Below are positions 52,001-64,000 of a stretch of DNA of 64,000 nucleotides, one piece after another. The stretch spans positions 80,826 through 144,825 of the forward strand of contig MU008226.1 in the NCBI GenBank assembly GCA_010909165.1, read 5' to 3'. Source of the DNA: Anthoceros angustus (lineage: Eukaryota > Plantae > Anthocerotophyta). Under the pieces are notes generated by a model. It did no database searches and was not told the DNA's origin. It saw only the letters and a list, made by a program, of their open reading frames with translations. A program made the position numbers and the translations under genes. Position 1 is the stretch's first letter, and each line of letters starts with the position of its first letter.

Positions 52001-55000
52001 CACCTACCCAAATCCAGCGTCACACCGTTATGCCGTCGTATATGCACCATATCACCTCATAGCACCATTTTTCTAGCAATCAACGAAAAAACCACCGTGG
52101 TAGTAAATCGGAACGCTCAGATTTGTGCCACTTGTATGGCACTATGGCTGGCAACATGAACCCTCAAGCGATGTTCATCATTCCCAGAACATCCTGCGAT
52201 GGCGGGGAGGTTCCTTTACCCATCCGATCGGAAAGCGCTTCTCGGCCCCTCCTTCGGCAGACACGAATAAGGGCCGCAGCATCCATTTGATGAGCTGCTT
52301 TTTTCGCCTCTCCGCCACAACTCATATACATCATTAGAAACATCAACGAGCGTCGCCCCGCATCTTAGTCTCCCACATCACATACTCATATGTATCATTG
52401 CACTAAACAGAAAGGCACCCACTGCCCCTGCTTTCTCTCCAAGTCGCCAGTGAGTCTAAGATATCACACACTTCCTTGCAACAACAGTACTCCATTTTGT
52501 CATTTTCAGATCACCACATTACCATGAACCATCATGCATTCTCGAGCAAACGTCGGTCATCAATTAACCAGTGGTAGGGAAAACCGGGGCACCCCAGGTC
52601 CTCCCACTATAAGCGGCCACTTATCCCACCGCCCGTCAAACGTTGGGTTTCGTCCCATGAGACTCGTGTGAAATTCAAGGTCGTGACAACCGATCGCCAC
52701 CTCTGAGACACAACTCACCTTCTACACGAGCAAGGCGCCTACTCTCTCTTCGTGCACACTTGCACCTGTCCTCCTAAGACCCAACCTCGACCTACAACGA
52801 CACAACACAATTGCGAGGTCCTCCGGCCGAGGAGCCTACCAGGGCGCCAGGACCCCTGATCCACAGCGATTGTCCCTACTTAAGACCACTCTTCTCCACT
52901 CGGGGAGCGCTCTTTTACTTGCGGGATTGGCCCCTTAGGGCTCCCTGTGGCCTTCCACTAACACCTACACCTCTAATCCTCTACTCATCTCCTCATCCTC
53001 CTCATCCTCTTCCTCCTAGTCTAACCTCGACTTGGGTTTCGACTTCGCCCTTACGGCACAATGCGCCTGGGTCGGCCTCCACCGCAAGTTCTTCCTTGGG
53101 CATTCTAACGTGGAGTTTGACACCATTCGAGCGCCACCAGGAGTCTTTCCCTGTGGCTCAATCTCCAAACAGGTGTCGGAGGCGGAGGAGAGAACTCTTG
53201 AGGAAGCTACATGTGCTAACATTTTCAAAGTTCCGTGAGGAAGAAGAGGTTGTTTAAGAGCGAGGAGGTTGTACCACAACAAGGAGGAAGGAGGAAGGTC
53301 GAGGAGTTCCGATCAAGGGTGAGGTCAGAATCGAGCATGGGTTAGTAATTTCAAGGTACATCTTCCGCTTCCTCGCAAGAGGAGGACTTTTAGGGATTGT
53401 CGAGCTCTTCTAGCTCGATTTTGTCGTCGTTAGAGGAAGGCAAGAGGGTGAGATTTGGCAAGGAGAAGTTGGGGTATGAAATCTAATGGCTGAGCTTTCA
53501 CAAGGTCTTGTTCGAATTATTGCCCAGCTTGCTGCCCTTTCAACCTTGCTTGTTAGGAGGACTGAGGCGCTTGTGTGCCCAAGTCTGTGTATAGTACATC
53601 CCTTGCCATTTGTTTACCCTGCCAAGACAGGTGGAATTGCTGGGGAGGTGTGCCCACAGTTTTGTGGACGCCCATGACCATGATAGGAGGAAATAGAGGT
53701 GGTGGAGTCACACCCACAGTACCAGCAGATGTGAGATTTGGGGAGAAGAAACGAGATCACATGTTGGTCCGTTGAGAACTCTGCGAAGGAAGAGGGGAGT
53801 CTTTGTATGATTATGTAGAGGGATTTATGGTTACTCAAGAGAGTACCACCACGTCCGGAAGGAGTGACCTTTTCCGATAAAAGTTTGGGAAGTTCGGGAG
53901 GAATGTGATGCTATAGAAGACGAGAGCTAGAGTGTAAGGTAGCAAGGATTTCTAAGTACCTAGGTGTAGAGGAGATGGTAGAGTTGAAGAAGTTGCGGGA
54001 GCAACATGTGAATGAAGGTCTTATTTCTCGATAAAATCGAAACGGAGGCCACAGATGACCGACGAGGAGTTGGTTGCCAAAGCCCAGTCGAAGGGGAGGA
54101 CGTGAGCATGTTGTAGACAGGCCTAAGGATTGATCAGCAAGACTTGTTGCCGCAGAGAGGCCAAATGAGCAAGAAGGGAGTTGTGCAGGAAGGTTGCAGC
54201 AGGACAACTGGAAATCGAGAGGATAAGAGGCGCCAGCATGGGCGCGAGGAGGAGGCTGAATGCCTCAAGGGTGAGCAGTCAGGAGAAGTGGAGGCCATCA
54301 CGATGGCAAAGAAGAAGCAAAACGGACGAGCACCGAGCCAACAGGAAGGCGCCCCACTTGGCGAGGTCAAGCCAGCGCCATGAGGCCGCGAGGAGGAGAA
54401 GGCCCTAGGGAGGTGGACACGCCAGAGGGCGAAGGAGGAGATGCGCTTCATGAAAAGTTTGAGCGTAAACCGCAGAGGGGAGAGTTGGCGATCTGGGGGC
54501 AATCACTCAAAATTCGACCATGGAGGTGCAGCAAGGCGAGGAGGTCGCCATGGGAGCGCTGACCGACCTGGACATGAGGCTAGGCCAACAAGAAGGAGGA
54601 AATCGGAACTTGGTTGGAAGGGAGCTTGTTAACCGATCGCAAGCTAGAAAACTTGCAAGATTGGCAAAGCAGGAGGAAACGGTTTTGTGAATGAGGTTGA
54701 GCATGCGCCGTCAACGACGTCTGGGTCTGCTGGTAAGCGAGCAGGAGGCCACGATGGTGGCAAGGATGATGGAGAAATTGCGAAGAAATCGCAATTTGGA
54801 GGAAGGAGAAGTGGCACACAAAAATGAGGAGTGTGTGCGCTAGAGCCCAGGGAGCGAGGATGGCTCTATGGTGATGTGTATGAAGGAGGATTGTGGAGAA
54901 ATCACACCTCAAGATATGCTTGCGTGGAATTGCAAGAAGGAGCGTCGACCAATTCACGGTCGATTGGAATTGCCGCCGTGAAACCGCAGAACGTAAGGAG

Positions 55001-58000
55001 ATGCGCTAGAGCGCGATCTAGGGCTAGACATGAGTCTAGAAGGTCGGGAGATGGTGTACCGATGATGCATGTGTCCACGACTGCAGTACCTGGATGCCCG
55101 CAGATCGACGTGTGGAGAAGCTAGTTTTGTGAGCCGAGTTGAAGGCGGGGTTGTGGCCACGCACCAACATCCACCGTGAACAAGCTAGATGGAAACAAGC
55201 AAGGCGTGGCCTAGAGGTCAAGAGCAAGTCTTGATGCTGCTAGAAAGCCAAGGATCCGTGAAGGGAGTTTTGTGCAGGAGATGCAACCTAATGAATTGGG
55301 GATTCCGAGCGAGGAGAAAGGGTGAGCGTCAAGAGGGCTGCAAGTGGAGGCCACGGTTGGCAAAGGGAGAAGAGAAACGGAGAAATCGCGGAGGGACTCC
55401 CACACATGGCGTGTGGGAAGCGCGATGATGGAGCCTGAGTAGGCTCGAGGATGGTGTGCATGGAAAGGAGCGTGAAGAAACATCCAAGGGAGCGAAAACC
55501 GCAGGAAAAGGAATTGGTTCATGGGCGGCCAAGGAAGCCACTTTTGTGGAGGTACGGCATGTCGAGAGTATTGTCGTAGGAGCGCGAGCTAGCTCGGGCC
55601 AGGAGCCTAAGGTTATCATGGCAGGACCACTGCTGCAAGAAGAGCAAGTTGACGACCGCAGCGTGGATACCGCAGCCTGGCCGATGCAAGGAGCAGGCAC
55701 GTCCACGGGTCATAATGTACATGGGGCTGCGGCCACAGCCCCTGTGTCCGTCGGTGGGCGAGGTAGCAGGAAGTGGCGAAAAGTGCATGGGAAGAGGAGG
55801 TTAGAACGTGAAGGACTCCCATGTCCACGTTATTGAATGGTGAGGTATGAAATTTCTTGGAGCACTAATCATGTCGGATAGTTTGTCTAGGGAAGGGCGT
55901 CTTTTCCCTAGAGCTGTGCCTTATTGTCTAAGAGATGGGGTCTTATACAAGCTTGGTTTGGATGAGAAGATCCGACGTTGTTTGAAGGAAGGAAGCTTCT
56001 CTTCTTAAAGAAGCTTTGCATGTAAGAGGTTGGAGGCCATTATTCGTGTAAATCACGGTGAAGAAGATCTTAGATGCATTGTGGGCTTACGTGGAAATGG
56101 GAGAAAGTGACTACCAAGAAGACTCCATATTATTTAACTAGAATCATTGTCAGGACATTTGTGGACAACAGCTCTCCTTGGGGTTAGGAATAAGCTGGGT
56201 TTGTTTTTTCTCGAGTATGGAGTGTAAAATAAAGCGAGAAAAGGAGGAATAAGCACGGACCAGACTGATCATGCTTCGAGTGTACTCAGGACTCGGTAGG
56301 TAACGGGACCCTGCACCAGGACCCCGGACTTAACGGTATCGGATAAGTCCGGACCCCACTCCGGTCGAATGGGATAAGTGAAGGTAACTTAGAAGAAGTG
56401 AGTAGGACAGAGGCGGCGCCACGGACGGCCCCGAATGGAAGACGGCATGCAGCAGCCAGACCGAAAGTACTGCCGTGGTCACAGCAGTATTCACGCCCGC
56501 TGCATCGCGCGACAAACAGAAGGCCGCAGGCGGAAGCGCAGCAGAGGCCATGTGCCCCTTACGGACAAAGAAAGAGCACCTCCGCTGACTTGGCCACTTC
56601 CACGCGAGAGGCAAGGAGGTCATTCTTCCAAGCAACTTCGCAGATCGCATGCTCGCCGACACCCGGCCCTCGGCGTTGTCTTTGTGATCGCCCACACCTC
56701 CACGGCCGCCGACTTCGCGAGGGAAGCAACCGACGCCGCCCAAGGAACGGACAATTGGAGCCTCACACTCCAGAACAAGCAGGATGGGGAAGATGGGAAA
56801 TGAAGGCGGCGGAGGTTTGGGAGCCATGGAGCTTGGTGGAGCGCAACATCGCCACCAAGCGCCATCCCGACTTCGGGCCGTGGGCCGGAGGAGGCGGGGG
56901 AGCTGGTCAAGGAATGGCACCGGACGCTTTTCCAGTCTCGACCTTCGGCTGCCGCCCCCTAGTCCGGAGTACGCCCAAGATGTTGGCGCGCCAACAAGGA
57001 GGTTCTCTAAGAGCCTCGAGAGGACCTAGAGGTGGACCGTGAGGTCCCGAGGGCGGTACAATCGCCCACGGAGGAAATTGGGGGCGAGTCCCAACCTCTC
57101 AAGGCCGGAGGAAGATAGGCGGCAAAGGCCGCCGCCGAAGCTGTGAACGCAACGAACAACCAACGGCCGTTGATGCCTGACTTGGCCGGACAGAGGTGAG
57201 GGCAAAGGCTGTGATCATTGTCCATCGAATACCAAGGTAGATCACCTTGGTGACAATCTGGTGTTCCCCGCATGCGCCGCAGAGGAAGGAGGGCGATCGG
57301 GAAGGATCATCTTCGCCAGATCAATGTGAAGCTCACAAGCCGAGGTGTGAGAAGCCTCCGCCGCTATCGCCGCTCTTAATTCATGTGGGCACGCGAACCT
57401 CCCAAGGAGGGAGAGAAGAGGAACGACCGGGCCGCCGCCACCGGGAGGCGTAAGGGAGCGCAGGAGGTGGAGGCCGCCTGGCCCCGAGCAAGAGGCGGAG
57501 GAAGACGATCGAGGGAATCCTGCACTCCATACGTCTGGAGCGGACTCCCCACCGAGGGAAGTGTGGAGGACATCCTGCTTCCTCCTCCCGGTGCCCCACC
57601 GAGCACCAACAGGAGGAGGCGGCCCAGATGGAGAGGGCGGCTCGGGCCCGAGACCAGCCACCACGACGGCATAACGAGCCCCGACGGACTGCCGGGACCA
57701 AGAGGCGGAAGACGGTGCCACCCGCCAACGCAAAGACTCGGGACGGCTTGCCCGCCAACGGAGTGGCAAGCGAGGAGGCGGAGAAGGGCGAAAGGGACGC
57801 CGCCCAAGGAGCGGGAGGCCATCGGGCAGCCCCACCCGAGCCGGCCTGCCTCCGACCGGGAGAGGCAAAGGGTCCTCAACCTCACCCACCCTCCGAGCCC
57901 TGTGGAGAAAGAGGGCTAAAGGAATTGGCGCCAAGAGGGCCAAAGAAGGTGAGGCCCTGACCAAGACTCGTGACCTAAGGGTCCTGATTAGGTCCGGAGA

Positions 58001-60997
58001 GCCCACCGACTCCCGGCTGGTATGGAGGTCCTGATCGAGAGATGCCCGCCCACGACGGACTCTTGGGGGCCTCACTGGCGCCTGTGGAAGAGACACGGCG
58101 GTCCTGCCACCGCCATGGACATGCCTGGGGACTCTACGACGGCCGAGAAGACCTGGAGGTGGAGGCAACAAGGAGGCGATGGTGCTCTCAGAGTGATGGA
58201 GGCGCCCAGAGGCAAAGAAGGCGAAGTCCCGGCCGCATCGAGGAAGGAAGCGGGAGGCGGAGCGCGAGGTCCGTCCATTCGACACTGAAGGTCCTCCACC
58301 GTGAACAAATGAGGCAGCAGGAGGCCCAAGCACGGGCAAGATCTCCGCAAGGGGGAGGCGCAGTAGAGGCGAGAGGGCTGACCGGCCGAGGCCCGCCGCC
58401 CAACATCGTCGCCGAGGCTCACCAAGGCCACAGAAGCGGAAGCCGGCGAAGTCGATATCACTATCGACGTGATCGGAACCGTGGAGGGAGACTACTGCAG
58501 CTGTGCCAACTCAAGGCCGAACAGCGGCAGTGGAGTGGGCACGGCCGAGCCGTGAGGAGGAGCTGGAGGTCGACCCGGAAATAGGGGACCCTGTGGTGCA
58601 GCAGGAGGTAGAAGGGGGCGGTGAGCCGGAGGACAAGAAGGATACCTTGAGCCGCAACTCCAAGACGACGGAGCAGCAGGGGTTCTCAACGAGAATCCAA
58701 GACTTCGAAAGGAGATAGAGCGCCCATTGAAGACGGAGGAGGCGAAATACGGCCCAAGGAGTTTGACGCCGCGAGGCCGCAGCAGGAGGTGGAGGAAGCC
58801 GTGAGTTTGACGGGATACCGCCCGCCTGAGAAGGAAGGGCGACTCCGGAAAGGATAAACGGAGGGAAGAAAGCGCTGAGGAGAAGCGCCGTCCGCCTACG
58901 GAAGTGAGGGGAGTCACCATGGCCGCAAAGAATCAAGTGAGCCGGAACGATGACGGGAGGAGGAGAACGCCGAGCAGCAAAGGCCGCAGGAGGTGTCGGG
59001 AGGCCTTTGGTGGCATCGAGGGAGTCCGCCGCAGCTGGTAAGCCCTGCAACGGAGACGGGGCCGGTCACAACATGCCCACCGCCGAGCACCTCAAGGAGG
59101 GAATACCGGGTGCCCGCCCATGTGGAGGAGGCAATTCAACAAGTCGATTCCGACTTTGCCTACTACCACGCAGAAGCCCTCAAGGCTCGGAGGTCTTGCG
59201 CCACTCAGGTGTGGAGCGGACTCCGTAAGGGCTCAAGGAGGAGCGAGGGAGGAAGGACCCGGGACAAGCACGGGACCCTAGGAGCGCCTGCTTGATGACA
59301 ACGAAGAAGGGCGAGGGAGAGCAGCGGGAGGAGCCGGACGGAGGAAGGGTCACTGCACCGGAGGTAAGCACTCTGCACCTCCGCACGGAAGGAAGGGAGG
59401 AGGGCCCGGGGAGGCCGTGGAAGGGTGCAACCGGGCACTGGAACCAAGGAGGGCTCTGGATGAGCCCGTGATCAAGCCCGTGAGGAGGCAAACCAGAGTT
59501 CGTGGTCCGGACTTTGTCCTGACTCCTAAGAAAGGTCAACTCGGGTCCCCTCAAGGAAGTCTGACTTAGAGGTCCAGATTTAGACAGGACACCCCGAGGT
59601 CCGGACTGGAAGGTTGGGCCTGTGAGACCGACCTGTGAGGCAAGTCCGAGGTCAACGAAGTCCGAGGTCCGAACCCCTAAAGAAGGCCGGACACGAGGAC
59701 CGACCTCAGAGGGAAGGCCGGACCTAGAGGTCCTGACCGAGTCGAGACGGGTCCCGAGGTCCAGACTGTGGAGGGGGAGAGCCACCATCACCGCCCCTGC
59801 AGATCCATCTCTTGAGGCTCACGCAGGGCCCGCCAGAGAGATAAGAGAGGAGGAGGAGGACTGGTGGCCGTTGTCGGGCCGCCCGTAAGCGCTTCGACAA
59901 AACCCTCGGGGAGAGGTAGGGGTCCCGCCTCATGGATCATCAACTGGGTCTTGTGCAGTTGTCAAGGCTCGGCTTTGGGCAGCCGGTGCAAGACGGAATC
60001 AAAATATCCGTGGTAGGTTTGCCTAGGTCAAGCGGGCTCGCTTCGGGTAGCCACATTTATCACGGTCTGAGCTGAATACGAGGTTCGATCCCCAAGAGAT
60101 TTGGTTCGGATTGTTTGCAGTCGCTCCTCACTCTCTCGCCTCATCATCCCCGCCCGGCCTACTTGTCCTCGTGGGCAACAACCGGGTGCAAAGGCTCGGG
60201 TGTTGCCCACGGCCCGCCTCCACGCCTTCCAGGATTCCTACTTCTTATCCACCCCAACACTCTCCTATGCCAACTACAACGATCAACTCACTCTACAACG
60301 ACACACCCATAACCAACTTCACCATTCTCAAAAGAAACATAGTTCATGATCACCGTGACACAAACTCACTTCTCGATCCCCAAATCTAACTCTAGTAACG
60401 TCGCCAGCACGCCTCATGCGCACAACCGCTGGGGTGACGGCTAGCTGGTATTTCTCGGCCGATTGCTGGTACAAACACGGCGCGAGCGAGTAGCCAACAC
60501 CTCGCAGGAGGCCAACCAACAGCAACACAAAGTACATCCAACAGCAATCTTTCACGAGAGGAGGAGCCTGCGTCGAGCGAACCCACCGCGAGGGGCCTCC
60601 GACCGAACCCCACCCTTCGCCTTCTCGTCGCTTGGCGGACGACGGTCAGCTGCGCACACATACACAAAGGGTTGCGCCGAAGAGACGAAGAGTGCATGGC
60701 AAAGCAAGGTCTGGTGTTTATTCATCCTTCCACCCTCCCTTTTATAGGTGGGGGAGTCGACTGGTCACTCGTGCTAGTTTAATGCTAGGACGACTTGCCA
60801 AGTCCAACAATAGGATCCTTGTCAGTCCCCTTGCATTTCATCCTCTCAGCTCGGTCCAGCTCACCTTGACCAGAATATCCTATCTGTCTATACTGCCGCC
60901 ACTCTTAAATACTCACACTTCCCAAGGTGTGCACCACTTGGGACAAAACGTCCTATTGAAAAGGTCCTCACATCCTCACGTCACGCTTTTGTTCGCC
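46095..60997. repeat. Composite block, copy 2
   Basis: Collinear with 7530-22069; carries ~280 extra bp at 56090-56365. Confidence 0.95.
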
Positions 60998-60999
60998 CG

Positions 61000-63031
61000 G
61001 CTTGAAGGCGGAGAATAGGACAGTCCAAGGAGTTTGGCGTCGCGAGGCTGCAGCGAGGTGGAGGAAGCCGAGTCGGACGGGGATCGGCCCTGGAGAAGAG
61101 TGGCGGACCTCAGGAAAGGATAAATGGAAGGCGGAGGCGGTGGTGCTTTCGTCCGTTCGGGAAGCGAGGAGCTCGGCTCCATGGCATAAGCTGGAGCTGG
61201 AATGCGACAGGAGGAGGGTCGGCGGCGCAGGCTGCGAGGAGATGTCGGAGGCCCTTTGGTGGCATCGAAGTCCGCCCGGGCTGTTAGTAAACACAGCAGC
61301 GGAGCAGGCGGTGGACATGCCTGTTCTTAGGGCACCTCTGGCGGAGGAATCTGGGTGCTCGGGCCCATGTGGAGGAGGCAATTCAACAAGTCGATTCACT
61401 TTGCCTACTACCTTGAGCTCCTCAAGGCTCTGGAGGTCTTGCCACTCTGGCGGTGGCGGACTTCGGAAGGGTCGGAAGGAGGAGGCGAGGAGGAAGGACC
61501 GGGGCAGCGACCACAGGGACCCTAGGCTGTTTGATGACAACAGCGACAGCGAGAGCGGGGAGGGCGGAGGAAGGGACTGCTTGCAGGAGGTAAGCACTCT
61601 GCACCTCACTTGCGGAAGGAAGGGAGGGGCACAGGAGGCCGTGGAAGGGTGCCAGGGCACTCGGGAACCAAGGGAGGCTCGATGGATGAGCCCGTGATCG
61701 GCCAGTGAGGAGGCGGAACCCGAGGAGTGGGTCGGGACTTTGTCCGGACTCTGAAGGCGAATCAGTCAGGCCCCAGAGGAAGTCGGACTTGAGGTCAGAC
61801 TCTAGTGAGCCGGACCACGAGGTCGGACTCGAGGAAGGTTGGGCCCGGAGGGCCGGACCCGGAGGCAAGTCCAGGGCCCAGGGTCGAACCCGGAAAAGGC
61901 CGGGCCCAGGTCAGAACCCGGAGGACACGAGGACCCGGACCCGAAGGCGGACCTAGAGGTCCGGACTCGGTCGAGGCAGGGTCACGAGGTCGAGACTCGG
62001 GGCGGGGAGGACCGATCCGACCCAGCAGATCCATCTCTTGGAGGCCAGCTGCAGGGCCCGGAGAAGATAGAGAGGAGGGAGGACCTGAGTGGTGTGCCGT
62101 TGTCGGGCCGCGGCCGTGTATGACTGACAAACCCTCGGGGAGAGGTAGGGGTCCCTCGCGGATCATCAATTGGGTGCGCATGATTGTCAAGGCTCGGCTT
62201 TGGGCGCGGTGCCAAGGCAGAATCGGGGGCCATCGTGGTAGGTTTGCCTAGGTCACGGGCTCGCCTCGGTGGCCACACTTATCCAGTTGTTGAATCGTAG
62301 GTTCGATCCCAAGAGATTTGGTTCGGATTGTTTGCGAGTCGTTCCTCTCACTCTCTCGCTCTCATCATCCTGCCCGGTCTACTTGTCCTCGGTGTGGGCA
62401 ACAAGCGGTGTTGTGCGTTTACAGGTTTGCACGGCCGCGCTCTCACGCCTTCGAGATTCCCTCCACCCAACACTCTCCTATGCCAACTACAGCATCAATT
62501 CACTCTACAACGACACACCCAACCAACCTCTTCACCATTCTCAAAAGAAACATAGTTCACAGACCACATACAAACTCACTTCATTCGATCCCAAATCTAA
62601 CTCTACCGTAGCGTTCGCGGTTACCGCCTCCCTTGCGGCACAACTGCACAGGGGTGACTAATCTGGGTATTTCTCTCGGGCGATTGCTGTACAACACACG
62701 GGCGTAGTCGCGCCGATCCTGAGGCCACCAGCAACACAAAGTACATCCAACAACAATCTTTCACGAGAGGAGGAGCTGCGTTGGCGAACCCACCGCGAGG
62801 GCCTCCAGCAACCCCACCCTTTGCCTTCTCGTCGCTTGGCGGCGGTCAGCAGCACACACACACACAAAGGGATTGCGGGAGGCGAATGCATGACAAAGCA
62901 AGGTGCGTGTTTATTCATTCTTCCACCCTCCCTTTTATAGGTGGGGAGTCTAGTCACTCGTGCTAGTTTAATGCTAGGCGACTTGCCAAGTCCAACAATA
63001 GGACTCTGTCGGCCCCTTGATTCGTCCTCTC
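61000..63031. repeat. Third, tandem copy of the last ~2 kb of the block
   Basis: Matches 58725-60848 and 19901-21926. Confidence 0.9.
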
Positions 63032-63965
63032 CTGTATCCTTTTACACCAATTATTCCATTTCAGTGCAGGTTTTTAAAAGGCTGCAATAATGCTTCCTCT
63101 TTCATAAAAATACTGCATTCATTAAGCTTCTGTCTTCTTTTGCAATGGCCGTTGTAAAATGGGTAAACTATCGTTTGGTATAACAGGTCAGCTTTTTGGC
63201 TTCTTGTTTTCATAGCAGCCAATCCACCTTCTGCAACAATCCATCTAAGGGTTAATAATGCTACATAAATAGCAAAACCGGCGGAGTATTCATGAGCGAT
63301 TTTTGCTTCAATGTATTTTGATAGTGCATAATGGGAGGCACCGGCTTTTTGAAAGCTGCCCATTCTTTTTATTGACCACCAATGTACCCTGCGGCACCCA
63401 TGTTTTTTGTGCACCCATAAATGAATGAAAATTGATTAAAGGGCATGGGTCGGCTAAAAATATCGCTGCTCATATCGGCTACTAATGGCAAATTTGTGGG
63501 TGGTATTTGATGCCACTGTGTTCCTTCAACCGTATTGTTGGTGGTAATATGCAGGTAATTGGCTTTTCAGGCAGCGATAAATTTTTAGGAATATACGTAT
63601 GATTTTATCTTTAGAAGAAGCTGCAATATGAACATTCCCAAAATAACCCGCCTCCTGTATAGCCTTACCAAATGCCGTTATCGCAATAAGCGGCAGTTTC
63701 GCCGGGCGATAAAAATTCATGGGAATTTGCATGAATTGCGTGGTGGCTCCGCCGTAAAAACAAAACTTCATAATCATCATTCAACTGCATCAGTTGTTTT
63801 ACCAACATTTTTGCTTCTTCTAATACTGCTACAAACCAATCGGTACGATGCCCAATTTCAAGGATAGATAAGCCAATGCCATTAAAATCATGTAAACCGC
63901 AGCAGCCTGTTCTATTACCGTAGCCGGCAAAATAGAGGGGCCGGAATTAAAATTATGTTTTTCAT
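63032..63965 (-). CDS. serC: Bacterial phosphoserine aminotransferase, 3'-truncated, with many small deletions (probably read errors)
   Basis: Joined frames: MKKHNFNSGPSILP..LSILEIGHRTDWF..DDYEVLFL.GGATTQFMQIPMN..HITTNNTVEGTQW..LVADMSSDIFSRP..GAQKNMG (PLP lysine)..FAIYVALLTLRWI..EDRSLMNAVF..ENGIIGVKGY; sharp drop in GC content. Confidence 0.95.
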
Positions 63966-64000
63966 GGTTGCTAAAAAAAGTGCTGCAATTTAATCAAATA

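Noticed and set aside
1-63000. Most of the 60-250 aa ORFs in the supplied track
   Set aside because: They are overlapping shadow frames of GC-rich, frameshifted retroelement DNA with no independent support as genes.
63032-63965. serC as a host nuclear or organellar gene, or as proven horizontal transfer
   Set aside because: The sequence looks Bacteroidota-like with no introns, the break is mid-gene and the error profile is that of raw reads; transfer cannot be claimed without junction support.

Overview
This window is almost entirely nested, degenerate LTR-retrotransposon DNA from a green plant or green alga; the host cannot be named from sequence alone. It holds Ty3/Gypsy elements (a PHD-finger integrase at 1-1.5 kb, an Athila-like gag-pol with a tRNA-Asp primer-binding site at 38.6-43.7 kb, and a gag plus integrase-zinc-finger derivative present twice), four Ty1/Copia fragments on the minus strand, long LTR-like regions and several unnamed accessory ORF families. 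A composite block of about 14.5 kb (7.5-22.1 kb) is repeated at 46.1-61.0 kb, and its last ~2 kb occurs a third time in tandem. At 63,031/63,032 the sequence switches abruptly to an AT-rich bacterial (Bacteroidota/Chitinophagaceae-like) serC gene truncated at its 3' end. Small deletions are dense everywhere, including in serC, so the window looks like uncorrected long-read sequence. Many frameshifts may therefore be errors, and the serC junction is more likely a chimera than a horizontal transfer. All alignments were done by eye, so boundaries are approximate.
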